Assembly: GCA_900314585.1 (NCBI GenBank)
Contig: OMVV01000002.1
Location: 80,961 to 144,960 of the forward strand
DNA: 64,000 bases
Reading direction: 5' to 3'
From: an uncultured Erysipelotrichaceae bacterium
GTDB lineage: Bacteria > Bacillota_I > Bacilli_A > RFN20 > CAG-826
The translations under genes were made by a program, and so were the position numbers. The notes beneath the pieces were generated by a model that made no database searches, had not been told where the DNA came from, and saw nothing but the letters and a program-made list of their open reading frames with translations. Shown here piece by piece: positions 36,021-45,352 of the stretch; positions within the stretch are counted from its first letter, which is position 1, and each line of letters opens with the position of its first letter.

Positions 36021-37671
36021 CCATGACCACTGGAACGATGAGTGGTTTCCTTTCTGTTTTGCGGTAAACGTATTTGGCAACTTCACTTTTGATGACGTTC
36101 TTAATTTCACTAAAAGAACCGTGATTTGCGATGATATTTTGAATTTGTTGTTCAGAAATTTGTTTGATACGTTCAGTTAATTTTGTGTCTTCAGTGAATG
36201 CTTTTGTAATGACGATTGGCGGAATAATAATCTTGTTTCGCTTATGAGAAATACCAACGATAACAGATATTAATCCATCGCCTTGCATGATTTCACGATC
36301 TTTTAAGACGGCTTCATTGATACCCTTGATATCTTTACCATCAATATAAATAGCAGATGCTGGATAAGTTAGACCTCGACTAATCTTATGTTTATTTAAG
36401 ACAATCGAGTCACCATTTTCCATGACAAAGACATTTTCCTTTAGAATACCTAATGTTTGAGCAATTTCACCATGGAGCTTTAACATACGGTATTCACCAT
36501 GGATTGGCATAAAGTATTTTGGGTTGATGAGTTTAAGCATCAATCTAAGTTCTTGCTTTGATGGGTGACCAGAAGAGTGAACAGCGAATAAGACGGAGTT
36601 AGTCATAACTTCCGCGCCTTTTCGGACAAGCTTATTAACAACTCTTTCGATTAACACTCCATTACCTGGAATTGCGCTTGAAGAGAAGACGACTGTATCG
36701 CCTGGAATAATGGATAAATCTTTATGTTCTCCATTTGCGATTCGACTGAGGGCCGCCATCGGTTCACCTTGTGAACCGGTACAAAGAACACATATTTCTT
36801 TGCCTTTATATTCACGGATATTTTCTACTGGAATAATTGAATTATCAGGAATTTTGATATAGCCAAAATCACGGGCGATTTGGACAACGTTTTCCATGCT
36901 TCGACCGATAATGGCGAGTTTCCTGTTATTTTCAACTGCAACTTGAACAATTTGTTGAATACGAGAAACGTTACTTGAGAAGGTTGAAACAATTAATCTA
37001 CCTTGAGCGTTTTCAAATATTTCTCTGATTGATTTTAAGACGTTTGTTTCACTTGGAGTGTAGCCTTCAATTTCAGCATTGGTGGAATCACTTAAAAGTA
37101 AATCAACACCTTCGCTTCCGATTTGAGCAATCTTATTTAGTTCAATTTGTCTTCCAACAGGCGTTAAGTCAATTTTAAAGTCACCAGTGTGAACGATTCT
37201 TCCTTGTGGAGTATCGACGACAATGCCATAGGCATCAGGGATCGAGTGAGTTACATAGAAGAATTTGACGTGAAATTCACCGATATTAAGTTCAGTGTTT
37301 GAGTCATATTCAACAATGTTAACAACTTCTCGTATGCGCATTTCTTCTAATTTCTTTTTTATAAGTGCGGCAGCGAGTTTAGGTGCGTATATTACAGGGA
37401 TATGAACATGTTGGACTAAAAATGGAATTGCTCCAATATGATCTTCGTGGCCGTGAGTGATTAATAAAGCTTTGAGCTTTTGTTGCGATGTTTTTAGTTT
37501 TTGATAATCAGGAATAACATAGTTTACTCCCGGAGCGGATTCACCAGGAAAACGCACGCCGGCATCGATGATGATTAAAGTTTCATCGGATTCGATACAA
37601 TAGGTGTTTTTTCCGACTTCACAAAGCCCACCAAGAGCGTAAATTGAGACAGGAGACATATTAACGGCCAT
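35992..37671 (-). CDS. rnj: Ribonuclease J
   Basis: LGGLCEVGKN, THGHEDHIG, HSIPD, TGDFK, GSQGEP, HSSGH, PIHGEYR. Confidence 0.96.
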   Translation of the reverse strand: MAVNMSPVSIYALGGLCEVGKNTYCIESDETLIIIDAGVRFPGESAPGVNYVIPDYQKLKTSQQKLKALLITHGHEDHIGAIPFLVQHVHIPVIYAPKLAAALIKKKLEEMRIREVVNIVEYDSNTELNIGEFHVKFFYVTHSIPDAYGIVVDTPQGRIVHTGDFKIDLTPVGRQIELNKIAQIGSEGVDLLLSDSTNAEIEGYTPSETNVLKSIREIFENAQGRLIVSTFSSNVSRIQQIVQVAVENNRKLAIIGRSMENVVQIARDFGYIKIPDNSIIPVENIREYKGKEICVLCTGSQGEPMAALSRIANGEHKDLSIIPGDTVVFSSSAIPGNGVLIERVVNKLVRKGAEVMTNSVLFAVHSSGHPSKQELRLMLKLINPKYFMPIHGEYRMLKLHGEIAQTLGILKENVFVMENGDSIVLNKHKISRGLTYPASAIYIDGKDIKGINEAVLKDREIMQGDGLISVIVGISHKRNKIIIPPIVITKAFTEDTKLTERIKQISEQQIQNIIANHGSFSEIKNVIKSEVAKYVYRKTERKPLIVPVVMDENNVDSRK

Positions 37672-37760
37672 AAATCCTCCAACAAATTAAATGAATTATC
37701 TTCGTTTAAGTTTGGTTGTATTTATTATAAATACTTTAAAAATATATGTTAAGAAAAAAA

Positions 37761-38321
37761 TTAGAGACGAATGGAATCTGGCAAAACTTTAAATGGATCT
37801 TTCTTATCGATGTGGTCATAGAAAAGCACACCATTTAGATGATCGATTTCATGTTGAAGAACAATCGCTTCATATCCGCGAGCAGTGATAACAACTTCCT
37901 TACCTTGGCTAACTTCATAAGCTTTCACTAAGATTTTGTAGTTACGGTAGACATAGCCTTTATGTTCATCATCAACAGACAAGCAACCTTCTCCACCAGA
38001 AAGATAAACTTTCTTCACTGATTCAGAGATGATTTTTGGATTGATGAGGCGGTGGTCAACAACTCTAATTGAGCCATCTTCATTTTCTTCTTCAAAATAG
38101 ACCACTAAAGCGCGAATGTTTTTACCAATTTGAGGTGCAGCTAAACCAACTCCTTCACGGAGATGATGCTTTTCTCTAAATGATGTATCTTGGGATAACT
38201 TAAGATATTCTGCCATATCATTTACTAAAGAAATGATTTCCGGAGTAATCTCACTTACTTCAACGCTTTTTGAATGAAGCGATGTCGCATTATCTTTAAC
38301 GATCTTAAATAGTTTTGACAT
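37761..38321 (-). CDS. def: Peptide deformylase
   Basis: GVGLAAPQ, EGCLS, QHEIDHLNG. Confidence 0.97.
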   Translation of the reverse strand: MSKLFKIVKDNATSLHSKSVEVSEITPEIISLVNDMAEYLKLSQDTSFREKHHLREGVGLAAPQIGKNIRALVVYFEEENEDGSIRVVDHRLINPKIISESVKKVYLSGGEGCLSVDDEHKGYVYRNYKILVKAYEVSQGKEVVITARGYEAIVLQHEIDHLNGVLFYDHIDKKDPFKVLPDSIRL

Positions 38322-38367
38322 ATGGAAATTGTATCATAAAGGATACAAATTTGATAACATATATTTT

Positions 38368-38706
38368 ATGGATGAGACCTTAGCAAGTTCATTATCTAAC
38401 TTAAAGGAAGCGATTGAAAAAGATCCTCGCCTTTTAAGGCTAAATGAACTCGATAAAAAGCTTAACGAAAATGAAGAAGTAATGAAGCTTGCTTATAAAA
38501 AGGATATGGCGTTACTTCGCTATGAAGATATGGTTAAAAACTTTGGAGAAAATTCCAAGGAAGCAAATGAGGCTCAAAAAGCTCTTCATGAGGCTAAATA
38601 TAACCTTGATATTCATCCGTTAGTAAAAGAATATAATCAAGCGTATAAAGAAGTTAGACATATCTATGATATGATTAACGAAGAACTGTTCAATAAATTT
38701 AAATAA
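38368..38706 (+). CDS. YlbF/YmcA (Ric) family protein
   Basis: Short helical protein, HPLVKEY, upstream of rsmD as in Bacillus; start 38368. Confidence 0.7.
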   Translation: MDETLASSLSNLKEAIEKDPRLLRLNELDKKLNENEEVMKLAYKKDMALLRYEDMVKNFGENSKEANEAQKALHEAKYNLDIHPLVKEYNQAYKEVRHIYDMINEELFNKFK

Positions 38707-38707
38707 T

Positions 38708-39241
38708 ATGATTCGCATTACTGGTGGTAAAAATCGTTCAAGACAGCTAAAGACTCCTAACTCTAACTTAACTAAACCAACAATGGATAAAGTTAGAGCG
38801 GCTGTTTTTAACGCGTTAGGCTATGACATCGTAAATAAGAATGTTTTAGATTTATTCTCTGGATCAGGAAGTTATGGCTTTGAAGCATTATCTAGAGACG
38901 CGAAGAAAGTAACGTTCGTTGATAATCAAGTTGAAGCGATTAAATGCATCAAAGAAAACGCCTCATCCTTAAAAGAAGATAATGTTGATATCCATTTTGA
39001 AGATGTTGTTTCTTTCTTAAATTCAACAAACGAAATCTATGATATTGTTTTCGTTGATCCACCTTATAAGCTTGATATTTATCAAGATGTGTTAAATATC
39101 TTGAATGAAAGATCGCTTTTAAGTAAGGATGCGATCATCGTGTTAGAGTCAGAAAAAGAACTTCCAATTGATGAATCCATGTATAAAAAAGTTAAGCAAT
39201 ATAACTATGGACTCGCTAAAATATATATGTTGAGGAAATAA
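38708..39241 (+). CDS. rsmD: 16S rRNA m2G966 methyltransferase
   Basis: MIRITGG, KPT.DKVR, LDLFSGSG..G.EALSR, DPPY. Confidence 0.93.
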   Translation: MIRITGGKNRSRQLKTPNSNLTKPTMDKVRAAVFNALGYDIVNKNVLDLFSGSGSYGFEALSRDAKKVTFVDNQVEAIKCIKENASSLKEDNVDIHFEDVVSFLNSTNEIYDIVFVDPPYKLDIYQDVLNILNERSLLSKDAIIVLESEKELPIDESMYKKVKQYNYGLAKIYMLRK

Positions 39242-39243
39242 AG

Positions 39244-39717
39244 ATGAAGAAAGCAATCTATCCTGGATCATTTGATCCAATTACCAATGGTCATCTCGAT
39301 ATTCTTAAACGCGCTTTAAAAGTTTTTGATGAAGTCATCGTTTTAGTGGCCTCTAATCCAAATAAGAAATCTCGTTTCTCTGCTCCTGAAAGAGTAAAGA
39401 TGGTATCCGAGGCAGTTAAAGGTTTTAAAGGTGTCTCTGTTGATTCCACAAATGAATTAACAGTGGAATATGCGAAGAAACATGGAGCGAGCCATCTAAT
39501 TAGAGGTTTACGCGCGGTCACTGATTTTGAATATGAATTCTCTTTATCCGCGACTAATGAATTCATCGATAACTCAATTGATATGGTCTTCTTTATGTCC
39601 CATTCTGAAACCAACTTCATTTCATCTAGCTCTGTTGATGAGCTTTATCGTAATGGAGTGGATATCTCTAAACTTGTCCCACCTTCAGTTATGAAGATGT
39701 ATAAGAGTAAGAAATAA
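39244..39717 (+). CDS. coaD: Phosphopantetheine adenylyltransferase
   Basis: YPGSFDPITNGH.DI, RGLRAVTDFEYE, ISSS.V. Confidence 0.97.
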   Translation: MKKAIYPGSFDPITNGHLDILKRALKVFDEVIVLVASNPNKKSRFSAPERVKMVSEAVKGFKGVSVDSTNELTVEYAKKHGASHLIRGLRAVTDFEYEFSLSATNEFIDNSIDMVFFMSHSETNFISSSSVDELYRNGVDISKLVPPSVMKMYKSKK

Positions 39718-39737
39718 ATAAGAAAAATTGCAAAATA

Positions 39738-39761
39738 AAAACTGGGTCAACGCCCAGTTTT
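39738..39761. terminator. Bidirectional terminator
   Basis: AAAACTGGG-tcaacg-CCCAGTTTT between convergent genes. Confidence 0.75.
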
Positions 39762-39775
39762 AATTCTAATAAGAA

Positions 39776-40606
39776 TTAGCTATTAACGCTGAATTCGTCT
39801 GTATGATTCCAGCAGTGGAGAAGGAGTTCAGCTTTATCTTTATCTGAATCACCTTCGACACCAAACATAACTTCGGAAACACCTGGGTTTGGTGATGTGG
39901 CTGTAAAATCAATCAAGAGAATGGTTGGAGTTAAGAAGTTATCTGGATGAGCTTCTGCTAATGCAGCAATGTCAGAATCAGATAATTTTCCTAAGGCGTA
40001 ATAGTCTGTGTTTTCAGCAGCTTCAGCGGAAAGTTCAAAGAAGGATTGGAAATGTTCCATATATTGAACGAACGCTGTCTTGTTTGAAGTAGTGTCTGAT
40101 GTATACTCATCAGAGAAGACAGAGATAACTTTGAGGTCTTGTTTAACTTTGCCTTCAGCAGTTTCGATTTCTGGAACATAGAAACCACCATTTGGATTTG
40201 AATTGTTCCAATTCTTTTCTAAATAATCGAAACCATATTTTGCTTCAACACAGTTTGGGCAAGTATCAGAGACGAAGACAAAGAAGAACTTGGTCGCTCC
40301 GATTTCTTCCTTAACTGCCGCGACATTTTCATCGGATGGATTATCCATAGCTTTATAAATAACATCGGTTCCCTTATAAGCAGCGGAATCTTTGTTACCT
40401 TCCATGGATAATTGATATTTATGGTAGTAGTTTTCGGTAGCGTCGGCTTCTTCTTGTGCGGATTTAATAGCATTAACGATGGCTGGAATGGAGAAAATAA
40501 CTCCAAAAATAATACCAACGATTAAAAGTGGTTGAATCCAAGCTGTTTGCTTGATCCAGTCCCAAATCTTTTTAAAGAAGGCTGCTATTGCTGTTAAAAC
40601 TACCAT
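39776..40606 (-). CDS. Membrane-anchored thioredoxin-fold protein
   Basis: N-terminal TM, FVFVSDTCPNC (CxxC after a beta strand), later LTPTILL; SD GGAGG before ATG 40606. Confidence 0.65.
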   Translation of the reverse strand: MVVLTAIAAFFKKIWDWIKQTAWIQPLLIVGIIFGVIFSIPAIVNAIKSAQEEADATENYYHKYQLSMEGNKDSAAYKGTDVIYKAMDNPSDENVAAVKEEIGATKFFFVFVSDTCPNCVEAKYGFDYLEKNWNNSNPNGGFYVPEIETAEGKVKQDLKVISVFSDEYTSDTTSNKTAFVQYMEHFQSFFELSAEAAENTDYYALGKLSDSDIAALAEAHPDNFLTPTILLIDFTATSPNPGVSEVMFGVEGDSDKDKAELLLHCWNHTDEFSVNS

Positions 40607-40763
40607 AATTAATTCCTCCAAAGAGAATGCGTATTTGATTTTAGCACTATATAAATATAGATACAACCAAAAGATTTTGCAAGACATTAATGTCTAAACA
40701 TAAGTGAGAAAACTCTACTCAAAAATAAAGAATAAGCATACAATATTGCTCGTAGATAAGACG

Positions 40764-41807
40764 ATGGCAAAAAGAACTAGAAAACAAAAGTTAACTTCCT
40801 ACCTATACGACCATATATGGCTCAAGTACGCGATTGACTATGGTGTAGCCTTTTTTATGTCGGTCCTTTCTGGAGCGATTTTCGTCTTTGGCGTTAACTG
40901 TTTCCTTGATCCTGCCGCTTTAGGTGGACCAATGGATGGTTCAGTTACTTTAGTTTCTGGAGGTTCATCTGGTGTGGCCCAGGTTTTCGTTCTTATCTTA
41001 GAGACCGCTGGTGTTAATATCACCCACCGATCCCTTGTCTTCTCACTTGCTTACTTAATCGTTAATATCCCGCTTATCATCTTAGCGTTTGTTGGTATTG
41101 GCAAAAGATTTGCATTCTTTACTTTAGTAAATGTTGGCTCAGCTTTCTTGTTCTCCAATATCTTCCATTGGGACTTTTTCGTGCATATCGCGTTATATGT
41201 TTATAACTATGGAGGCTTGCTCCCACGAGCGTTGTTCGCTGGTATTTGTACAGGCTTATCGAGCGCAATCGCGTTCAAGTGGGAAACGTCTGCAGGTGGA
41301 TTCGATATTGTTTCTTATTATGTCTCGTTGCGCAAATCCTCATCAGCTGGTAAATATGGCGTTATCATCAACTCCATCATCATTTCCTTGTTCACATTGT
41401 TCACAGCGATCAAGGGTGGAAATCAACCACTTGTTGTTGGCGATATTATTCTTCAACCATGGGCGGTCGCAATCGGCAGTATGTGGTTCTCAATTGTTTA
41501 CTTGTTAACAGTTATGCTTGTTATTGATGTAATCAATGTTCGTAATAAAAAAGTACAACTACAAATTATTACTTCAAATACCGACCTACCAAAATACTTA
41601 CTCGCTTCGATTCCTCATGGTGCGACAATCGTTAAATCAACTGGTGCGTTCTCTGGTGAAGAGCGTTTGATGATTTATATGGTTGTCTCATCACTTGAAA
41701 CTAAACACGTTGTGAAGACGATTCGTGAAATCGATCCAAAGAGTTTTGTTAATGTCACACCTCTTATCCAGGTGTTTGGTCACTTCTATTCTCGTCCAAT
41801 TCGTTAA
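40764..41807 (+). CDS. YitT family membrane protein
   Basis: SGGSSGVAQ, NIPL.ILAF, SAGGFD, C-terminal HGAT...GAFSGEER..IY.VV...E...DPKSFV. Confidence 0.88.
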   Translation: MAKRTRKQKLTSYLYDHIWLKYAIDYGVAFFMSVLSGAIFVFGVNCFLDPAALGGPMDGSVTLVSGGSSGVAQVFVLILETAGVNITHRSLVFSLAYLIVNIPLIILAFVGIGKRFAFFTLVNVGSAFLFSNIFHWDFFVHIALYVYNYGGLLPRALFAGICTGLSSAIAFKWETSAGGFDIVSYYVSLRKSSSAGKYGVIINSIIISLFTLFTAIKGGNQPLVVGDIILQPWAVAIGSMWFSIVYLLTVMLVIDVINVRNKKVQLQIITSNTDLPKYLLASIPHGATIVKSTGAFSGEERLMIYMVVSSLETKHVVKTIREIDPKSFVNVTPLIQVFGHFYSRPIR

Positions 41808-42310
41808 TGAAAAAAGCAACGATTTTAAAATGGATTTTTCTAGCATTAACCGTCGCAGTTAATGTTTTTATTATTGTCAACGCTGCCACAAATGGTGCGA
41901 CTTCTGCCGAGGAAAGTGGTAGATTTTCTCGTTTTATGGCATCAGTCGTAAATGCCTTTTATCCAAACTTTGTTACTGAGGCTAACTTCGATAGTTTTGC
42001 TTATATGATTCGCAAATTATTTGGACATTTTGGCTTGTTTGTTTTGAATGGTTTAGTTAGCACGGTTACGGCGTTTTTATTCTTGAAAGACACAAAACTT
42101 AAAAAGAACTACTCTGTATTCTCTATCGCTTTAGTGTTCGGTTTAATGATCGCGATAATTTCTGAACTAATTCAAATTTTCACTCCAGATCGATATGGAT
42201 CGTGGGGCGATATCGGAATAGATTTCGGTGGATTTGTCCTCGGCAATGTTTTGATTTTTGCCGTTCTGTACTTCTTTGATTTCATTAATTTAAAAGAAGC
42301 TCAAAAATAG
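41807..42310 (+). CDS. VanZ family membrane protein
   Basis: IRKLFGHF, SELIQIFTPDRYGSWGDIGIDFGG. Confidence 0.85.
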   Translation: MKKATILKWIFLALTVAVNVFIIVNAATNGATSAEESGRFSRFMASVVNAFYPNFVTEANFDSFAYMIRKLFGHFGLFVLNGLVSTVTAFLFLKDTKLKKNYSVFSIALVFGLMIAIISELIQIFTPDRYGSWGDIGIDFGGFVLGNVLIFAVLYFFDFINLKEAQK

Positions 42311-42374
42311 TAAATTATTCGAGTTTTGCTGATTTTCTTACCTAAAATAATTAATTTTTGATTATGATTTCAAA

Positions 42375-42432
42375 CGGCAAAAAATCGAAAACTTACCCTA
42401 ACTATTGCGTTTTTTGCCGATTGGTATATAAT
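42375..42432 (+). promoter_or_regulatory. Promoter/operator of the HTH-Fic gene
   Basis: 10-bp inverted repeat CGGCAAAAAA (42375-42384) / TTTTTTGCCG (42410-42419); TTGCGT, 16 bp, TATAAT (42427-42432). Confidence 0.6.
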
Positions 42433-42439
42433 TTGAACT

Positions 42440-43336
42440 ATGAATAAATTCATAAGTGTTAAAGAAACATCTATCAAATGGAATCTATCAGAAAGAAGTG
42501 TCCGTAATTATTGCTCGCTAGGTAGAGTTGAAGGCGCTAATTATTTTGGTGGTGTTTGGCTAATTCCTGAAGATGCTAAAAAACCGATAAGAAGTAACGA
42601 AAAAGAAAATAAAAACTATCTTTTGGAGAGACTTCGACTTGAAAAGAGTAGTCAAATTAAAGGTGGCATCTATCATAAATTGATGATTGACCTTACTTAC
42701 AATTCTAATCATATTGAAGGTAGTGAACTTACTCACGATGAAACAAGATATATTTATGAAACGCGAACAATCGGCGTAGAAGGGAACTCTAGCAAAAAGA
42801 TCGACGATATTATTGAAACCATAAACCATTTTTCTGCGATCGATCGAGTCATTGATTTCGCCAACTATGAGCTGAGCGAAGCATTTATCAAGGAATTGCA
42901 TAAAATTTTGAAGTCAAACACGAACGATTCAAGACTTCCATATTTTGCTGTTGGTGATTACAAAAAGATGCCAAATGAGGTTGGAAATATGACAACTACT
43001 CACCCAAGATTAGTGGCAACTGAAATGAAAAAACTTGTCGATAATTACAACAAAAAAGACAATCATACTTTCGAAGAGATAGTTGAATTCCATGTTAACT
43101 TTGAAAGGATACATCCATTCCAAGATGGCAATGGCCGAGTAGGTCGACTGATAGCATTGAAGGAATGTTTAAAAAACAACATCGTGCCATTCATTATTTT
43201 TGATAGCAAAAAGGCCTTTTACTATCGTGGCCTTAAAAATTGGAAGCAAGAACACGGTTGGTTGATTGACACGTGCCTTGATGGACAAGATACGGTAAAA
43301 ACGTATTTAGATTACTTCAATATCCGATATAAATAA
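42440..43336 (+). CDS. Fic-domain protein with N-terminal HTH
   Basis: SVKETSIKWNLSERSVRNYC HTH; inhibitory-type SNHIEG; catalytic HPFQDGNGRVGR. Confidence 0.93.
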   Translation: MNKFISVKETSIKWNLSERSVRNYCSLGRVEGANYFGGVWLIPEDAKKPIRSNEKENKNYLLERLRLEKSSQIKGGIYHKLMIDLTYNSNHIEGSELTHDETRYIYETRTIGVEGNSSKKIDDIIETINHFSAIDRVIDFANYELSEAFIKELHKILKSNTNDSRLPYFAVGDYKKMPNEVGNMTTTHPRLVATEMKKLVDNYNKKDNHTFEEIVEFHVNFERIHPFQDGNGRVGRLIALKECLKNNIVPFIIFDSKKAFYYRGLKNWKQEHGWLIDTCLDGQDTVKTYLDYFNIRYK

Positions 43337-43364
43337 TGCTCCAAATGGAGCATTTTCTTTTTGA

Positions 43365-43455
43365 TGGCGGAGGAAAAGGGATTTGAACCCCTGCGAGGCT
43401 TGCACCTCCTACCGGTTTTCGAAACCAGCCCCTTCAGCCGCTTGGGTATTCCTCC
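43365..43455 (-). tRNA. tRNA-Ser(CGA)
   Basis: Reverse complement GGAGGAA...CTGGT-TTCGAAA-ACCGG...GGTTCAAATCC...CCA, long variable arm. Confidence 0.96.
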
Positions 43456-43635
43456 GGGTGAGTTAAATTATAGCATAGCCATTTATCTTTTGTTTAGATA
43501 TTTCTATAGCCGTGAGTTAGCTATATAAATGAAGCCAATCTATGATTGTGCGAGGCTTATTTTTACTAACTTTAATTGTATAAGTATTCTAATCGTGTAT
43601 AATTTATTTCGTGCGTTAAGTCGCTAGTAAAAACA

Positions 43636-45342
43636 ATGGGACTAGATAATATCTTGATGATTGTTGGCTTTTCGATCTTGGGGCTAGTGCTCCTATTTTT
43701 AATTGTGACATTCTCAATGACTATGTCATTTAACGCGAAATACAAAAAAGATTTAGATGAAGCATCCAACTCTTTACGAGTCTTTATTGTCGATTCTAAA
43801 AATGACCGCGTCAGATATTTCAATCGTTCTCGTTTAAAACGTCAAAAGATTACAACAATCACTGAATTCTATAACCAATTCCCAGCGAATGAACGTGACA
43901 AGATCATCACCTGGATTGGTGAACTTCTTGAAGGAAATAAGGACACTCCAAAATTCTTGGAAATCAACGTTTTAATTAATAAGAACAAGAAGTCTTTCTT
44001 CTCAATCCTCCAAGTAACTAAAGTCGATTATGAGAAATCGGTTATTTATCTTGAGTCGTACATTCTTAAATACATGTACGCGCAAAAGAAAAACAATGCT
44101 CAAGTTCGTAAATACTTATCTAGAGATAAATTCGCTTCAGCATTACTTGCATCCCATTCATCTAAAGGCGTAACCTTTGCGATCAATTTCTATAACAAGA
44201 GAACACTTGAAAACGAAATTCCACATTTGATTTTTGCTCAAATTAAGAACGCTTTAGTGCCGTATATTGCTCCATATCGTCCGATGTTAGAGCATGGTGA
44301 TAATCAACTCGTCATCTCTGATTTAAAAATAAATCAAAGAACAGGTATCCTTCTTTTCATCAACACGATGAAGAATGAAATCAACCGTTTATTAATGATC
44401 AACTCCAAAACCGATTCAATTGGCTATTCCTTTGGCGTAGCAGAGAATAAATATTTTGCGAATAATGTTGATGACTTGCTAAAAAATGTCATTGAACTTT
44501 CTAATGTTGCTAAAGATGATGGCAAAGACTTCCTCGTCTATGACGAAGCTCGTAAAGGAAATGATGATAGTGATGCCTCACACTTTAGAACCGAAGTCGA
44601 ACGCATCATTCAAAATAAGAAGTTACGTTATACGTATTGTCCAATTTATAACGTTGCTAAGTCACGTACAATTGGCTATCAAGCATTCTTCGATCCACTT
44701 GATTCATTCTTTGATTCGATGGCAGAACTAAAGACATATGCGATTAGAACTGAAGATGATAAAGAGTTATTCGCGACTATCGCCAGAAACTCAATCACTC
44801 GTTTCATCCAAGAAAAAGATGGCGTATCTTTACGTTTATTCTTCCCGGTTGCAGTCAATGAACTTCCATATGTTAACCGTACATTCGCACATATATCAAA
44901 CATCAAAGATGCAAATATCGTTTTGATTTTAAATGAAGATGAACTTCTTAACATTGATTCTGAAGATCATGCATCAATTCTTAACATCATCAAAAACTTC
45001 AAGTCAAAAGGATATGAAATATCCTTGTTAATCACTAATGATGAAGCAACACTTCCGCCTCATATCTATGAAATTTTTGATTTCTTCTTGCTATCTGTTT
45101 CATCACACATTACAAACCGCAAATTACAAAACCGTCAACTTCCATCATTCCAAGCATTGATCGAGAAGTTGCTTCGTTATCATAAGCCAATCATCGCGAC
45201 ATCCATTCCATCGATGTCCTTGGTTGAATATGTTATTAAGCTAGGAGTGGAAATTGTTTCTTCAGAAGCAATCGCTCCAAAAGATGAAAACATTTTACCT
45301 TTAAATAAGAAGGTAATTGCTAAATTAAAGAATATGAACTAG
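43636..45342 (+). CDS. Membrane protein with degenerate GGDEF-like and EAL-like domains
   Basis: N-terminal TM; EHGDNQLVI in place of GGDEF; LRYTYCPIYNV...IGYQAFF at the EAL-domain start. Confidence 0.7.
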   Translation: MGLDNILMIVGFSILGLVLLFLIVTFSMTMSFNAKYKKDLDEASNSLRVFIVDSKNDRVRYFNRSRLKRQKITTITEFYNQFPANERDKIITWIGELLEGNKDTPKFLEINVLINKNKKSFFSILQVTKVDYEKSVIYLESYILKYMYAQKKNNAQVRKYLSRDKFASALLASHSSKGVTFAINFYNKRTLENEIPHLIFAQIKNALVPYIAPYRPMLEHGDNQLVISDLKINQRTGILLFINTMKNEINRLLMINSKTDSIGYSFGVAENKYFANNVDDLLKNVIELSNVAKDDGKDFLVYDEARKGNDDSDASHFRTEVERIIQNKKLRYTYCPIYNVAKSRTIGYQAFFDPLDSFFDSMAELKTYAIRTEDDKELFATIARNSITRFIQEKDGVSLRLFFPVAVNELPYVNRTFAHISNIKDANIVLILNEDELLNIDSEDHASILNIIKNFKSKGYEISLLITNDEATLPPHIYEIFDFFLLSVSSHITNRKLQNRQLPSFQALIEKLLRYHKPIIATSIPSMSLVEYVIKLGVEIVSSEAIAPKDENILPLNKKVIAKLKNMN

Positions 45343-45352
45343 GAGGTAAGTT

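Noticed and set aside
43456-43635. Two small hairpins (TATAGC/GCTATA and AAGCC/GGCTT) in the tRNA-Ser(CGA) to EAL-gene gap as a possible sRNA
   Set aside because: Short stems in AT-rich DNA with no clear dedicated promoter-terminator pair; not distinguishable from chance.
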